Origin: Candidatus Thorarchaeota archaeon
GTDB taxonomy: Archaea; Asgardarchaeota; Thorarchaeia; Thorarchaeales; Thorarchaeaceae
Length of the DNA stretch: 17,101 nucleotides
NCBI GenBank assembly: GCA_016839605.1
Contig: JAEOTX010000151.1
Location: 1 to 17,101, forward strand
Reading direction: 5' to 3'
The notes under the pieces were generated by a model, which had not been told where the DNA came from, ran no database searches, and saw nothing but the letters and a program-made list of their open reading frames with translations. The position numbers and the translations under genes are program-made. Each line of letters starts with the position of its first letter. Position 1 is the stretch's first letter. Below, one piece after another: positions 1 through 8,055 of this stretch.

Positions 1-479
1 GAAATAACTTGAGCTGCTCCAAATCTAAGATCAAGTGGGAATGACTGAGATGACCTCTGGAAGTGATTTGGATCCATGACTTCCATATGATAATGAGGCC
101 TTGTCCAAAAGCAAAAGTAACGTGACCTGAGAAGCTCACCAATTGAATCGCCTTTTGCTACAACATCACCCTCTGATACACTTGGTGCACAATGCAGTAC
201 TCGGACAACAACTTCGTCGTTTTCATCAGGAGTGATGGCTATCGCATAGTCAGAATCAGAGGTGGGGAAGACTTTCTTCATCCCCATTCTTAGCTTCTTT
301 ATTCGTTGAACTCTTCCATCAACAGGGGAGAATGCCGGCCCACCCCACAATTGGTGTGATGGATATACATCTATGGAACTGCTCCGTTTGTGACCTATGA
401 ACGGGCTGTTGAAATATGAGAAAAAGGAGTCATCAGGAGCAAAGAGCTGTGTTCCTGCAGCAACTCCAACTATTCTCAT
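1..479 (-). CDS. M23/LytM-like (duplicated-hybrid fold) putative zinc metalloprotein, 3' end truncated by the window edge
   Basis: Hand-translated and absent from the ORF track. ATG at 479-477, 20 nt after the GGR stop, with an in-frame TGA just upstream. Open to base 1: MRIVGVAAGTQLFAPDDSFFSYFNSPFIGHKRSSSIDVYPSHQLWGGPAFSPVDGRVQRIKK...VRVLHCAPSVSEGDVVAKGDSIGELLRSRYFCFWTRPHYHMEVMDP... It shows M23-type elements: H..(x6)..D (GHKRSSSID), SPVDGxV, LH...V.EGD.V..GD.IG and PHxH.EV. Confidence 0.75.
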   Translation of the reverse strand, partial: MRIVGVAAGTQLFAPDDSFFSYFNSPFIGHKRSSSIDVYPSHQLWGGPAFSPVDGRVQRIKKLRMGMKKVFPTSDSDYAIAITPDENDEVVVRVLHCAPSVSEGDVVAKGDSIGELLRSRYFCFWTRPHYHMEVMDPNHFQRSSQSFPLDLRFGAAQVI

Positions 480-499
480 TCTTTTTCACAACATACAAT

Positions 500-1870
500 C
501 TACGCTTTCTTGGCTGCATCATAGATCGGAGTGAGACGCGCCTTCCACCTCTCAAGTCCCTCGGGGGAATCTGGATAGTCTCGGTATACATCTTTGATGT
601 CCTCCATGAGACCTGACACCTTGTTTACTCTTCTCAGAAGAGGAATGTTCCCTACCCCTGCCACCAGCCGCTTGAATTTCTCTCCTGTGCCAATCTCCAT
701 CTTCCCTGTGATACTTACACTGAGCAAGTCTATGCCCTTGACGATACCTTTCTGAAAAGCAAAGTTGATCTCGTCATTGGTCACATTGAGCAGGAACCAT
801 CTGAAAACATCCAATGAAGCCTGCTTGATTCCATAACTCTCCATGTATCGAGGATTGTAGTCCCATAGAGATTCAATTGATGTGTCATTCTGCTCAAGAG
901 CTTCAGATGCAACGTTTCCAGCATGTACGCCGCCGAGCATAGAGGATCCAATTCCTCCTCCATGGATTGGGTTCACTTGACAGGCTGAATCACCAACAAG
1001 CATGAAATTGTCATCTACCATAGTATCGATGGGCCGCCTGATTGGAGCAATCCCTCCGCTGCTGTCGTATGTCACAAGTTTAGTATTCATGAACTCCCAG
1101 TTCGTCTTGACGAATCTATCGAAGATTGTCCGCGGGTGAGTGTATCCAGGAATCATCATCACACCAAGCCCTATATTGACTCTGTGAGGCCCTGCAGGAA
1201 AGACCCAGGTGTAGCCACCAAGTGTCTGTTCTTGATTCCAGTGAATCTCTAAGATATCAGGGGTCTCGAATTCGAATTCTGGGGTTTCGTAGATATCTCT
1301 CCATGCGACCATTTGGTCTTCCTTTGCAATGGTCTTTTCAATTGGGGAACTATCAGGTAGTTGACGACGGAGCATTCCAGTGGCGCCTGTTGCGTCCACG
1401 ATAATTCGTGCTGTGAGATCTTTCTCAGCCTCTCCTTCTTTTGATATCCTGACACCCGAAACCTTCCCATCATCAAGCAGAAGCTTCTTGACCCGAGTCG
1501 AAGCAGAAACCTCAGCGCCAGCTTTCTCAACCAAGGAAACAAGCCACTGGCCCATCTTATGTCGATTAAATGAGTAACCTCGGGTGGTCTCTCCCTCCAT
1601 TGTGAGCTTGTGCTTTCCATTGGGAGCATAGAGATCCATTCCCGCAACGGGGTGTTCGACAATGTCCTTTGGCAAGTCAGGAAGTCCAATCATCTCCTTC
1701 AGCTCTCGAATGTGATGTGCTCCAAGAGCATCTCCACAAGTCTTCAATCCAATTGTGTCCCTTGCCTTTCTGTCTAGTACTAGGACAGAATGTCCCTTCT
1801 GAGCTAGTGTCAGCGCTGTAATTGCGCCTCCTGTACCAGCACCAGCGATAATAACATCATAATCTACCAT
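500..1870 (-). CDS. Geranylgeranyl reductase family flavoprotein (digeranylgeranylglycerophospholipid reductase-like)
   Basis: 456 aa with N-terminal FAD Rossmann YDVIIAGAGTGG, KTCGDAL, DATG, the GGR-family GYTWVFP motif and LVGDSACQVNPIHGGGI. Confidence 0.9.
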   Translation of the reverse strand: MVDYDVIIAGAGTGGAITALTLAQKGHSVLVLDRKARDTIGLKTCGDALGAHHIRELKEMIGLPDLPKDIVEHPVAGMDLYAPNGKHKLTMEGETTRGYSFNRHKMGQWLVSLVEKAGAEVSASTRVKKLLLDDGKVSGVRISKEGEAEKDLTARIIVDATGATGMLRRQLPDSSPIEKTIAKEDQMVAWRDIYETPEFEFETPDILEIHWNQEQTLGGYTWVFPAGPHRVNIGLGVMMIPGYTHPRTIFDRFVKTNWEFMNTKLVTYDSSGGIAPIRRPIDTMVDDNFMLVGDSACQVNPIHGGGIGSSMLGGVHAGNVASEALEQNDTSIESLWDYNPRYMESYGIKQASLDVFRWFLLNVTNDEINFAFQKGIVKGIDLLSVSITGKMEIGTGEKFKRLVAGVGNIPLLRRVNKVSGLMEDIKDVYRDYPDSPEGLERWKARLTPIYDAAKKA

Positions 1871-1876
1871 TGTTCG

Positions 1877-2602
1877 CTACCTCGACATATTCCATGTCTG
1901 CTCAAGAAATCCCTCGAGCTGCAGAGATACTAGAGCGTTATCAGCCCATCCGCATACGGACAAGTCAGGCATTGAGATAAGGGCTTCTGCACCATCAATC
2001 ACAAGATTGACAGCGAGTGTATCTTCCCTAATTCTCTGCTCTGCTTTGTAATCATGCGAATCGGACTCCGTCGCAACAATCAATCGTATCGAAACGCCTC
2101 GCTCGGATGCGGTCCTCAATGCGGCATGTACTGGCTCATCATACATGTCCATATTTGGTGTTACTAGGAGAATTCGCTCAGATGCCCTTGAGACCATTCC
2201 TTGCATTTTCGATTCTACGACCGATCTGCCCCGAATTGTGTATATCAATGTGGGCAGTAGTCGCTTTGTTTCTCGCTCTCGCTGTATCCTTTCCATGTCC
2301 AAGATGAGCTGGTCCAATTTTGTGGATAGGAGGTCTCTCACATTTGACAATGGAGTGAACTCGAATCTGCGAGGTCTACCCTCATGTTCGATAGCTAGGC
2401 CTCTGGATACCAATCCTTCAAGAACAGAATACAGGTTTGCATGATGAATTCCTGTCGCTGTGGAAAGATCAGCTACAGTGGCGCTGTCCAGTTGATTCAG
2501 TGCTAGAATTACTGAGGATTCATGTACACCAAACCCAAACTCTCTAAGCGTCGCCTCTGCTCGTGAGCTTACTTGCTCTATTCTTTCTTCAGCGATTGTC
2601 AT
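1877..2602 (-). CDS. TrmB-family transcriptional regulator (short TrmBL2-like architecture: wHTH, coiled coil, PLD-like domain)
   Basis: 241 aa: LREFGFGVHES..ILAL...ATVADLSTATGI....LYSVLEGLVSRGL.....GRPRRF, then IYTIRGR, RASERILLV, A.ERGVSIRLI, VIDG.EALI and F.EQTW. It lacks the extra C-terminal sugar-binding subdomain of full-length TrmB. Confidence 0.88.
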   Translation of the reverse strand: MTIAEERIEQVSSRAEATLREFGFGVHESSVILALNQLDSATVADLSTATGIHHANLYSVLEGLVSRGLAIEHEGRPRRFEFTPLSNVRDLLSTKLDQLILDMERIQRERETKRLLPTLIYTIRGRSVVESKMQGMVSRASERILLVTPNMDMYDEPVHAALRTASERGVSIRLIVATESDSHDYKAEQRIREDTLAVNLVIDGAEALISMPDLSVCGWADNALVSLQLEGFLEQTWNMSR

Positions 2603-2629
2603 CTCGGCCGAAATTATGTGTAATTGCTA

Positions 2630-3568
2630 CTAATTTAAGCCTTTCTGAAGAGCATATCCAGTCAGGACTTCCTTCACAATATCACGAGCAGCGATGGCCC
2701 CAAGGCCAGACTTGTCAGTCAACGGATTTAGTTCAACGACATCGACATAGCGAACCTTTCTTGTTGCGAAGCAGGCTCTGATGAATTCAACCAAGGTCTC
2801 AATTTCAGGACCTCCGGATTCAGGATGACTGACGCTGGGCTGGACTGACGGTCTCAGCACATCGAGATCGATGGAAATGTAAATTGTATTTACACGAGTG
2901 GAAACTGCATTGAGCGATTCCTGGAAAGATTCAAACGAATGAATCAGTAGGTCCTCTCCAAGAAGGGCTTTCTTCTGATCTGGAAGAGCTGACCGAAGGT
3001 CATAGGCGACCACATCCTCAAGTTCTACTACCTTCTCTTCTATAAGCCGCTTCAGAGTCGTTGCGTGTGATAATGAATAGCCACCGTAGTCTGCATAGAA
3101 ATCGGCGTGCGAGTCAAAGTAGACTAGCCCATACCTTCCAGGGCGGGCACGTTTGATTCCTTTGAGTAGAGGATAGGTTATGAAATGGTCACCACCAAGA
3201 AACAGGTAATTAGAATCAAATACAGCTAACTTTGCAGCGGCTTCTGAAATGTCAACTTGTGCGGCATCTGGAAGGCGACCCATAATTTCTAGGTCCCCGA
3301 TATCCTCCAAGGTTATGAGCTTAGACAATGGTTCGTCAGTGACTAGCGAGCCTTTACCAATACTGAGCGGAAAGCTGTGGGATCTCTCGGAATCTGTAGC
3401 TGCTCTAATGGCGTCAGGACCAAATCGGCATCCCGGCATATGACTGGAAGTTAGATCATATGGCACTCCTAGCACACCCACATCAGGGGTTCCAGACTCA
3501 GGCTCCTTAATCCCGAAGAACCTTCTAGGGAGTCGTAAGTAACCGTTGAGTTCGTCACGCAGAGGCAT
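2630..3568 (-). CDS. Ureohydrolase (arginase/agmatinase family), agmatinase-like
   Basis: 312 aa with GVPYD, GCRFGPDAIR, GGDHFIT, DSHAD, SHAT, SIDLDVL, PESGG and DVVELNP. All binuclear-metal ligands are present. The exact substrate cannot be assigned from sequence. Confidence 0.9.
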   Translation of the reverse strand: MPLRDELNGYLRLPRRFFGIKEPESGTPDVGVLGVPYDLTSSHMPGCRFGPDAIRAATDSERSHSFPLSIGKGSLVTDEPLSKLITLEDIGDLEIMGRLPDAAQVDISEAAAKLAVFDSNYLFLGGDHFITYPLLKGIKRARPGRYGLVYFDSHADFYADYGGYSLSHATTLKRLIEEKVVELEDVVAYDLRSALPDQKKALLGEDLLIHSFESFQESLNAVSTRVNTIYISIDLDVLRPSVQPSVSHPESGGPEIETLVEFIRACFATRKVRYVDVVELNPLTDKSGLGAIAARDIVKEVLTGYALQKGLN

Positions 3569-3621
3569 GGTAGTTCACAAGAAGTCTTGTTCAGACTCAC
3601 TTCTGATAAACATGATGCACG

Positions 3622-3666
3622 GAAAGAAAAAGAAACGCAACGACTCTCGGAAAGCACCGAGAGTCG
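3622..3666 (-). terminator. Stem-loop plus U-tract terminator after the surface-protein gene
   Basis: Perfect 10-bp inverted repeat CGACTCTCGG (3641-3650) / CCGAGAGTCG (3657-3666) with a 6-nt loop, 10 nt after the stop at 3677. On the minus strand it is followed by TTGCGTTTCTTTTTCTTTC. Confidence 0.75.
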
Positions 3667-3676
3667 CACTGTTACA

Positions 3677-5353
3677 TTATGTCTGATAGAACTCGCTGCC
3701 GCCGCCGCCACGAATTAGTCCCAGAACTGAATAGATGCCGGTAACACCAACTAGGCCAAGTATCATTCCAGTGTAAGGCCAGCCATCAGCAATCCCTTGC
3801 TGGATTAGACCAACTACATCAGCGGTGACATCAAAACCCTGATTGCTAGTGTCTTTGGTGAAGACATTCGTGTTGTAGTCGTAGGTTAGGACCGCTCCTG
3901 GAAATGTGTAGCGACCTTCGTTTGTGAAAGTCACAGTATAGGTGATGCTCTGAGATGCTCCTGGCGCAAGAGTTGCCCAATTGTCAGATGTGGAACCACT
4001 GACCCCAGCATCAGGATAGATGGCACTGAACTCAGTATCAACAAGAGACACGTTAGCTATGGGATCATCACCATCGTTGGTCACAGTCACAGTCACTTGT
4101 GTAGACTCTCCGACTGAACAGCTCTCTGGGTCGAATGAACGCTCCAATGAAATCAGAGGTGGCAGATTCGTTGCATTGAAAGTGACAGTGTAGTCGGGTT
4201 GAGTGCCTAGTCCCGTACCATTCCAGAAAATCAGGTTGGTCGCATTGTCATAATATGTGAGATTATGTGCCTGGTCCTCTGGGGAATACGAGGTCACATT
4301 GATAGTGTGCGGGAAATGGGCAATTACTGCTGAAAGTCCTGAATCAAGTGGTACGACATTCCCTGTTGAACCAAGCAGGTCAGCAAAGATATCCAAATCA
4401 GTACTAGAAGTGGAAAGCAGCTGCTCACCAAGATACCCAACTGCCGCGACAGCTAATGGACCTTCCAATGTGAGATTGCCGATATCGAACTGCGAGGTGA
4501 AGAAATCCGCTGCAATGAAGCCACCTCCATCTCCACTAGTGAATCCGCTGATTAGATCCACCAATGCATCCATATCAGGAACAGCGATGAGGCCAGCCGC
4601 AGCTGCAGGAGCGTTCTCGAATATTGTTCGATCAATAGAGGCTGCGAAGCCATCCGTGTTCATGACGTCGAATATCGCATCGATGACCTCTGCGTCAGAG
4701 ATTGTCATCTGTTCGATAAACACATCGATGGACTGGAATGGGAGCTGCAACTCAAACTCAGGTGGGAAGAAGCTCTCATCAATTCGCAACGAGAAGAGCT
4801 CAGAGAAACCGAACCCAAAGCTGGTAGTCAAGTGACTCTTTATCTCATTCATTCTATAGCGAGAGGTTGCTTCTTCAACATCCAGAAAGACATTAACCAG
4901 CATATTGAGTTCATCACCAATCAGGTCCATTATGGAATCCATGCTGAATATTTCAGTCTGAAGCGGAAAGAACCCACCATCTGATTCGTTTCCTCCTAGG
5001 AAACCTGTGCCGAGGAGCTCAAAGATGTACTCCAGCATCTCACCATAAGTAGCCACTAGGACCATTGCAATGCATCCGGTATACATCTCGGATAGAACCC
5101 CTCCGGTAGTGACACCAAGAGTCTCTGATGGTATTCCTAGTTGCCCATAGATCACCTGTGGTGCACCCTCTTCGTCGATATTGGCTAAGACAAGCTCTGC
5201 ACCATGCTCTAAGATGTTACTAAGAAGATCACCAATTTCAACATCCTGTGCTGGGCTGTAGCTATCATTGAAGACAGTAGCCGCCACTGCAGGAGAGACC
5301 AATAGGAATCCCATTAACGCAATTACGAATGCGTGTTTGTAAACGTGCTTCAT
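3677..5353 (-). CDS. Large acidic type-I membrane/cell-surface glycoprotein with a C-terminal TRAP-beta/BatD/DUF11-like Ig domain
   Basis: Start re-set to ATG 5353 (MKHVYKHAFVIALMGFLLVSPAVAA is a signal peptide with AxA; GGAGTG lies upstream, overlapping the previous stop), giving 558 aa. Nine N-x-S/T sequons. C-terminal domain L.LERSF...VGE...VTVTVTNDG.....V.L.D..F......VSG.....W..LAPG.S.S.TY.......G.Y.FP.A..TY, then one TM helix and the short tail GGGGSEFYQT. Confidence 0.8.
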   Translation of the reverse strand: MKHVYKHAFVIALMGFLLVSPAVAATVFNDSYSPAQDVEIGDLLSNILEHGAELVLANIDEEGAPQVIYGQLGIPSETLGVTTGGVLSEMYTGCIAMVLVATYGEMLEYIFELLGTGFLGGNESDGGFFPLQTEIFSMDSIMDLIGDELNMLVNVFLDVEEATSRYRMNEIKSHLTTSFGFGFSELFSLRIDESFFPPEFELQLPFQSIDVFIEQMTISDAEVIDAIFDVMNTDGFAASIDRTIFENAPAAAAGLIAVPDMDALVDLISGFTSGDGGGFIAADFFTSQFDIGNLTLEGPLAVAAVGYLGEQLLSTSSTDLDIFADLLGSTGNVVPLDSGLSAVIAHFPHTINVTSYSPEDQAHNLTYYDNATNLIFWNGTGLGTQPDYTVTFNATNLPPLISLERSFDPESCSVGESTQVTVTVTNDGDDPIANVSLVDTEFSAIYPDAGVSGSTSDNWATLAPGASQSITYTVTFTNEGRYTFPGAVLTYDYNTNVFTKDTSNQGFDVTADVVGLIQQGIADGWPYTGMILGLVGVTGIYSVLGLIRGGGGSEFYQT

Positions 5354-5360
5354 TCTTCTT

Positions 5361-5927
5361 TCACTCCTTTGGGCGGACCATTGCGCCAAGTATTCCAGCT
5401 ACAATGACCACAACAATTGGGACAACAACCCACATGACAAGTGGAAGGATCATTGAGAAAATGTCCAAACCTCCACCCGCCATGCCTGCTATCATGGGAA
5501 GAATCCCACCAATGACATCTTGGATCAACGGAATGCCAAGTATGTCTACAATTGAAGTACCAGGTGGAATGGGAGGCAATGTACCCAGGTTGAGTCCAGT
5601 CATGAACATCTGTATGACGCAGAACCCAGCGATACCTAGACAGAAGAGCCAGGTCATAAATCCGACCACGAATGCGCCCTTCTTGGTACCAGCTAGCACA
5701 CCACCCAGAAATCCTGCTGCACCCCATATTGCGATCATCATGATATTGGTCATTGGGTTGACTAGTAAAATATTGACCATGACCAGAGTTGGCCTCACAT
5801 AGTTACCGAGTTGTGGAGCCATCCACTGAATCAGGGTATTATACCCAGCTGGCAAAAGGAACCAGCCACCAGCGAGAATTATAGCCATAGCTGACAGCCA
5901 GCCAAAGTATTTGCTTCCGAAAGCCAT
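5361..5927 (-). CDS. Hypothetical integral membrane protein (about 4-5 TM, Gly-rich; loosely DUF5518-like)
   Basis: 188 aa, almost entirely hydrophobic, with WGAAGFLGGVLAGTKKGAFVVGF and AGILGAMVRPKE. GGAGG at 5940-5944 upstream. Ends 7 nt before the ATG of the surface-protein gene, so they are probably co-transcribed. Confidence 0.8.
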   Translation of the reverse strand: MAFGSKYFGWLSAMAIILAGGWFLLPAGYNTLIQWMAPQLGNYVRPTLVMVNILLVNPMTNIMMIAIWGAAGFLGGVLAGTKKGAFVVGFMTWLFCLGIAGFCVIQMFMTGLNLGTLPPIPPGTSIVDILGIPLIQDVIGGILPMIAGMAGGGLDIFSMILPLVMWVVVPIVVVIVAGILGAMVRPKE

Positions 5928-6153
5928 AATCTGAATAAACCTCCAGACGAATACAAGGTTCTGGACCTATACTCTATTGATTTCTTATTAACTTCTGTAG
6001 GGTGCAGTCAATTCGAAATTAGGAAAGAAAGATATATTGAGATGGCAATGACGTCTTTACGCCTAGCCTGGAGCTGCAATATAGATCGTGGCATCTCAGC
6101 GACTTAATGTTGTGTAAAGGGCGACACAAGCAAGTAGATGAGCTAAGGAAGAC

Positions 6154-6516
6154 ATGATTACTATGGCAGAAGAGGACACACAACGCTCCGTATATGAGCT
6201 TCTCCAGCTTATGTCTTCACTCAACGACACCAGAAGGGCAATCCTCTTGGCGCTGGGACATATATACCCCCGGAGTGTTAGTGGAGTCCAACTCAGCCGT
6301 CTGATAGGGTACAGCGGGAAATCAAGATCCCTCTATCGGGGTGTGCTTACACATCTCCAGGAAGACAAGATGATCTTGATTGACCAGCTCACACCAAAGT
6401 TGTACTCAATCAGAATCAACAATGAGCACCCCCTCTTGGGAGTGCTTGTTGACATGTGTCGAGCTTACGGAAAAGAGGTGAAGAGCCTCTACCTGAAAGC
6501 CATGGAGGAAGAGTAA
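6154..6516 (+). CDS. Winged helix-turn-helix (ArsR-like) DNA-binding protein
   Basis: 120 aa (alternative ATG at 6163): LNDTRRAILLAL....SVSGVQLSRLIGYS...SLYRGVLTHLQEDKMIL followed by a wing and INNEHPL. Confidence 0.7.
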   Translation: MITMAEEDTQRSVYELLQLMSSLNDTRRAILLALGHIYPRSVSGVQLSRLIGYSGKSRSLYRGVLTHLQEDKMILIDQLTPKLYSIRINNEHPLLGVLVDMCRAYGKEVKSLYLKAMEEE

Positions 6517-7106
6517 TGGACCAGCTGCTCATGAAAGCACGAGCGCTTCACAATGAGAGAAAGAAGATTGCTTTCTCTGCGCTCCTTATAGCTGGCACTG
6601 TAGCTTTCTATCTCTTCTATTCTCCAGGGATTATTGACTTGCCGCCTCCTGATTGGTTCCCAAGTGGATGGATCCAAGGATTTGAGGTAGTAGCTTCATT
6701 CAACACCATAGCATTCTTTCTGGCGCTGGGCTTGATGGTGCTAGCCTATAGCGTTTGGACCTGGGCATTTCTCCCCAGTCCAGCTGCAATATACACTATG
6801 GGAGTCCTAAGAGGAATTCTTGGTCCTGATGTGATAATTAGGCAGTCAATTGGCAAGAAATTCAGAGTGATGCTTGAAGGTGGTAATCATATCGATGTGA
6901 GCTGTAGCATCAAGGGACTAGGAGGAGAGTGGTTCAACTATCGACTAGTGTCATCCAAAGTGGAAGGCGAAAATCTTGACAGCATCGCCTTGAGACATGG
7001 AATGTCAATTCAGGATGGCCATTTCACTTCTCATGTTTCGAATGATGAGCTTCATTCGAGAACTCTGCTTCTAGCAAAAGCAATGATGTTTGTAAATGCT
7101 AACTAG
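6516..7106 (+). CDS. Hypothetical membrane protein (2 TM plus soluble C-terminal alpha/beta domain)
   Basis: Start re-set to ATG 6516, overlapping the wHTH stop (TAATG, translational coupling), giving 196 aa. Hydrophobic segments IAFSALLIAGTVAFYLFY and IAFFLALGLMVLAYSVWTWAFL. Confidence 0.75.
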   Translation: MDQLLMKARALHNERKKIAFSALLIAGTVAFYLFYSPGIIDLPPPDWFPSGWIQGFEVVASFNTIAFFLALGLMVLAYSVWTWAFLPSPAAIYTMGVLRGILGPDVIIRQSIGKKFRVMLEGGNHIDVSCSIKGLGGEWFNYRLVSSKVEGENLDSIALRHGMSIQDGHFTSHVSNDELHSRTLLLAKAMMFVNAN

Positions 7107-7180
7107 ATTCTTCATCAAGGATTAAGACACGCCACAAACCTATTTCTATCATTAGAGGAGTTTCATTCTGGGATATCGGA

Positions 7181-7576
7181 ATGGTCATGCGTATAAAGAG
7201 AACTGTTGATATCGCTATGTCTAACTATGAAGGAATCATTGGTTCCGCTGTATTTTCATATGAGGGAAAGGTTGCCTATGCAACTGATAACATGCAACTT
7301 GATTTGCAAGACCTCCATACAATACTTAACGCATGGAATGGCGGGACCAATAATTTCAATGTGAAGCAAATCTCTTTCCTGACCGCCATGGCAGAGAACA
7401 ATGGTTTTGTCGCGATAAATCCGGAAGGAGCAATCAGTCTCATTGTGGGTACAGGCAAGGGAGTCTGGTTTGTTTCGTGCTTCGCACCAATGGACCAGGA
7501 TAAGTCAGGAATTCTTCGCGAGTGCGTTCAAGCAGCTAAGCTGCTCGAAACATCTGTTTCAGTTCTGGATGTATGA
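7181..7576 (+). CDS. Profilin-like protein (Asgard profilin family, divergent)
   Basis: 131 aa. The pattern helix-IIGSAVFSYEGKVAYATDNMQL-(helix ILNAW)-NFNVKQISFLT-FVAINPEG-LIVG-WFVSCFAP-C-terminal helix matches my recollection of Asgard profilins (IG.AVV...G.V..QTENW.L...I..W....I.V.G.KY.....L.ATN..G.GH.I......YV.P). A roadblock/longin fold is the less likely alternative. Confidence 0.7.
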   Translation: MVMRIKRTVDIAMSNYEGIIGSAVFSYEGKVAYATDNMQLDLQDLHTILNAWNGGTNNFNVKQISFLTAMAENNGFVAINPEGAISLIVGTGKGVWFVSCFAPMDQDKSGILRECVQAAKLLETSVSVLDV

Positions 7577-7581
7577 CAGAT

Positions 7582-8028
7582 TCATTCCGAGACAATCATT
7601 GACGGCTGTTCAGCAATTGTCTGGGCAATCAAAGAGAAGATGGCACCTAGCCAACCGATCGATTGGGCTAATTGAACTGTTAATCCCATCACAAGAGTTC
7701 CTACCATCAATAACTGAACAAGACTCATGACAAGACCTGCTACACCCATTACGATACAGAGCAGAACAACAAACCGACCGATCTGATAGCGGCGAGTTGT
7801 CAGGATTATACCTCCAATAATCACGCCCACGCCACCGATAAAGGTCAAACCACCGAGAATGCCCATTATGATATCAAATGTTAGGACGAAATCTGCTCCA
7901 AAAAGATTGTCTAAATGGGGACCTAGTTCAGCAAGAGTTCCGATTGCTCCGCTTGCTCCGGAGGAGACCATTAGCATTCCTCCCAGAAAACATAGGATAA
8001 GTGGGTTCTGATTATGGATTCTCTTCAA
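7582..8028 (-). CDS. Hypothetical small integral membrane protein (about 4 TM, Gly-rich)
   Basis: The track ORF is 7582-8085. A more likely start is the in-frame TTG at 8028 (MKRIHNQNPLILCFLGG...), 27 nt downstream of TTTAAA at 8056-8061. The gene converges on the profilin-like gene with a 5-nt gap. Confidence 0.7.
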   Translation of the reverse strand: MKRIHNQNPLILCFLGGMLMVSSGASGAIGTLAELGPHLDNLFGADFVLTFDIIMGILGGLTFIGGVGVIIGGIILTTRRYQIGRFVVLLCIVMGVAGLVMSLVQLLMVGTLVMGLTVQLAQSIGWLGAIFSLIAQTIAEQPSMIVSE

Positions 8029-8055
8029 GGTAACTAATGGCCCGGATGGAGTCGA

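Noticed and set aside
4257-4835. 192-aa plus-strand ORF, and similar antisense or alternate-frame ORFs such as 1249-1689, 5329-5802, 8921-9454, 12292-12750, 12756-13148 and 14406-14834
   Set aside because: They lie wholly or almost wholly within well-supported genes and have no motifs. Most are codon-register mirror images typical of shadow ORFs.
5361-5927. Idea that the 188-aa membrane protein is TRAP-gamma, given its similar size and adjacency to a TRAP-beta-like gene
   Set aside because: It lacks the long charged cytosolic helical segment between TM2 and TM3 that characterises TRAP-gamma; only size and adjacency agree.
6117-6126. 10-mer AAGGGCGACA shared between the wHTH upstream region and 13982-13991
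   Set aside because: A single 10-nt match is expected by chance in a window of this size, and no flanking similarity supports a common operator.
6638-6672. LPPP (and LPPIPP in the 188-aa protein) as polyproline ligands for the neighbouring profilin
   Set aside because: The runs are too short, and the LPPP loop lies between two TMs, probably on the outer face and inaccessible to a cytoplasmic profilin.
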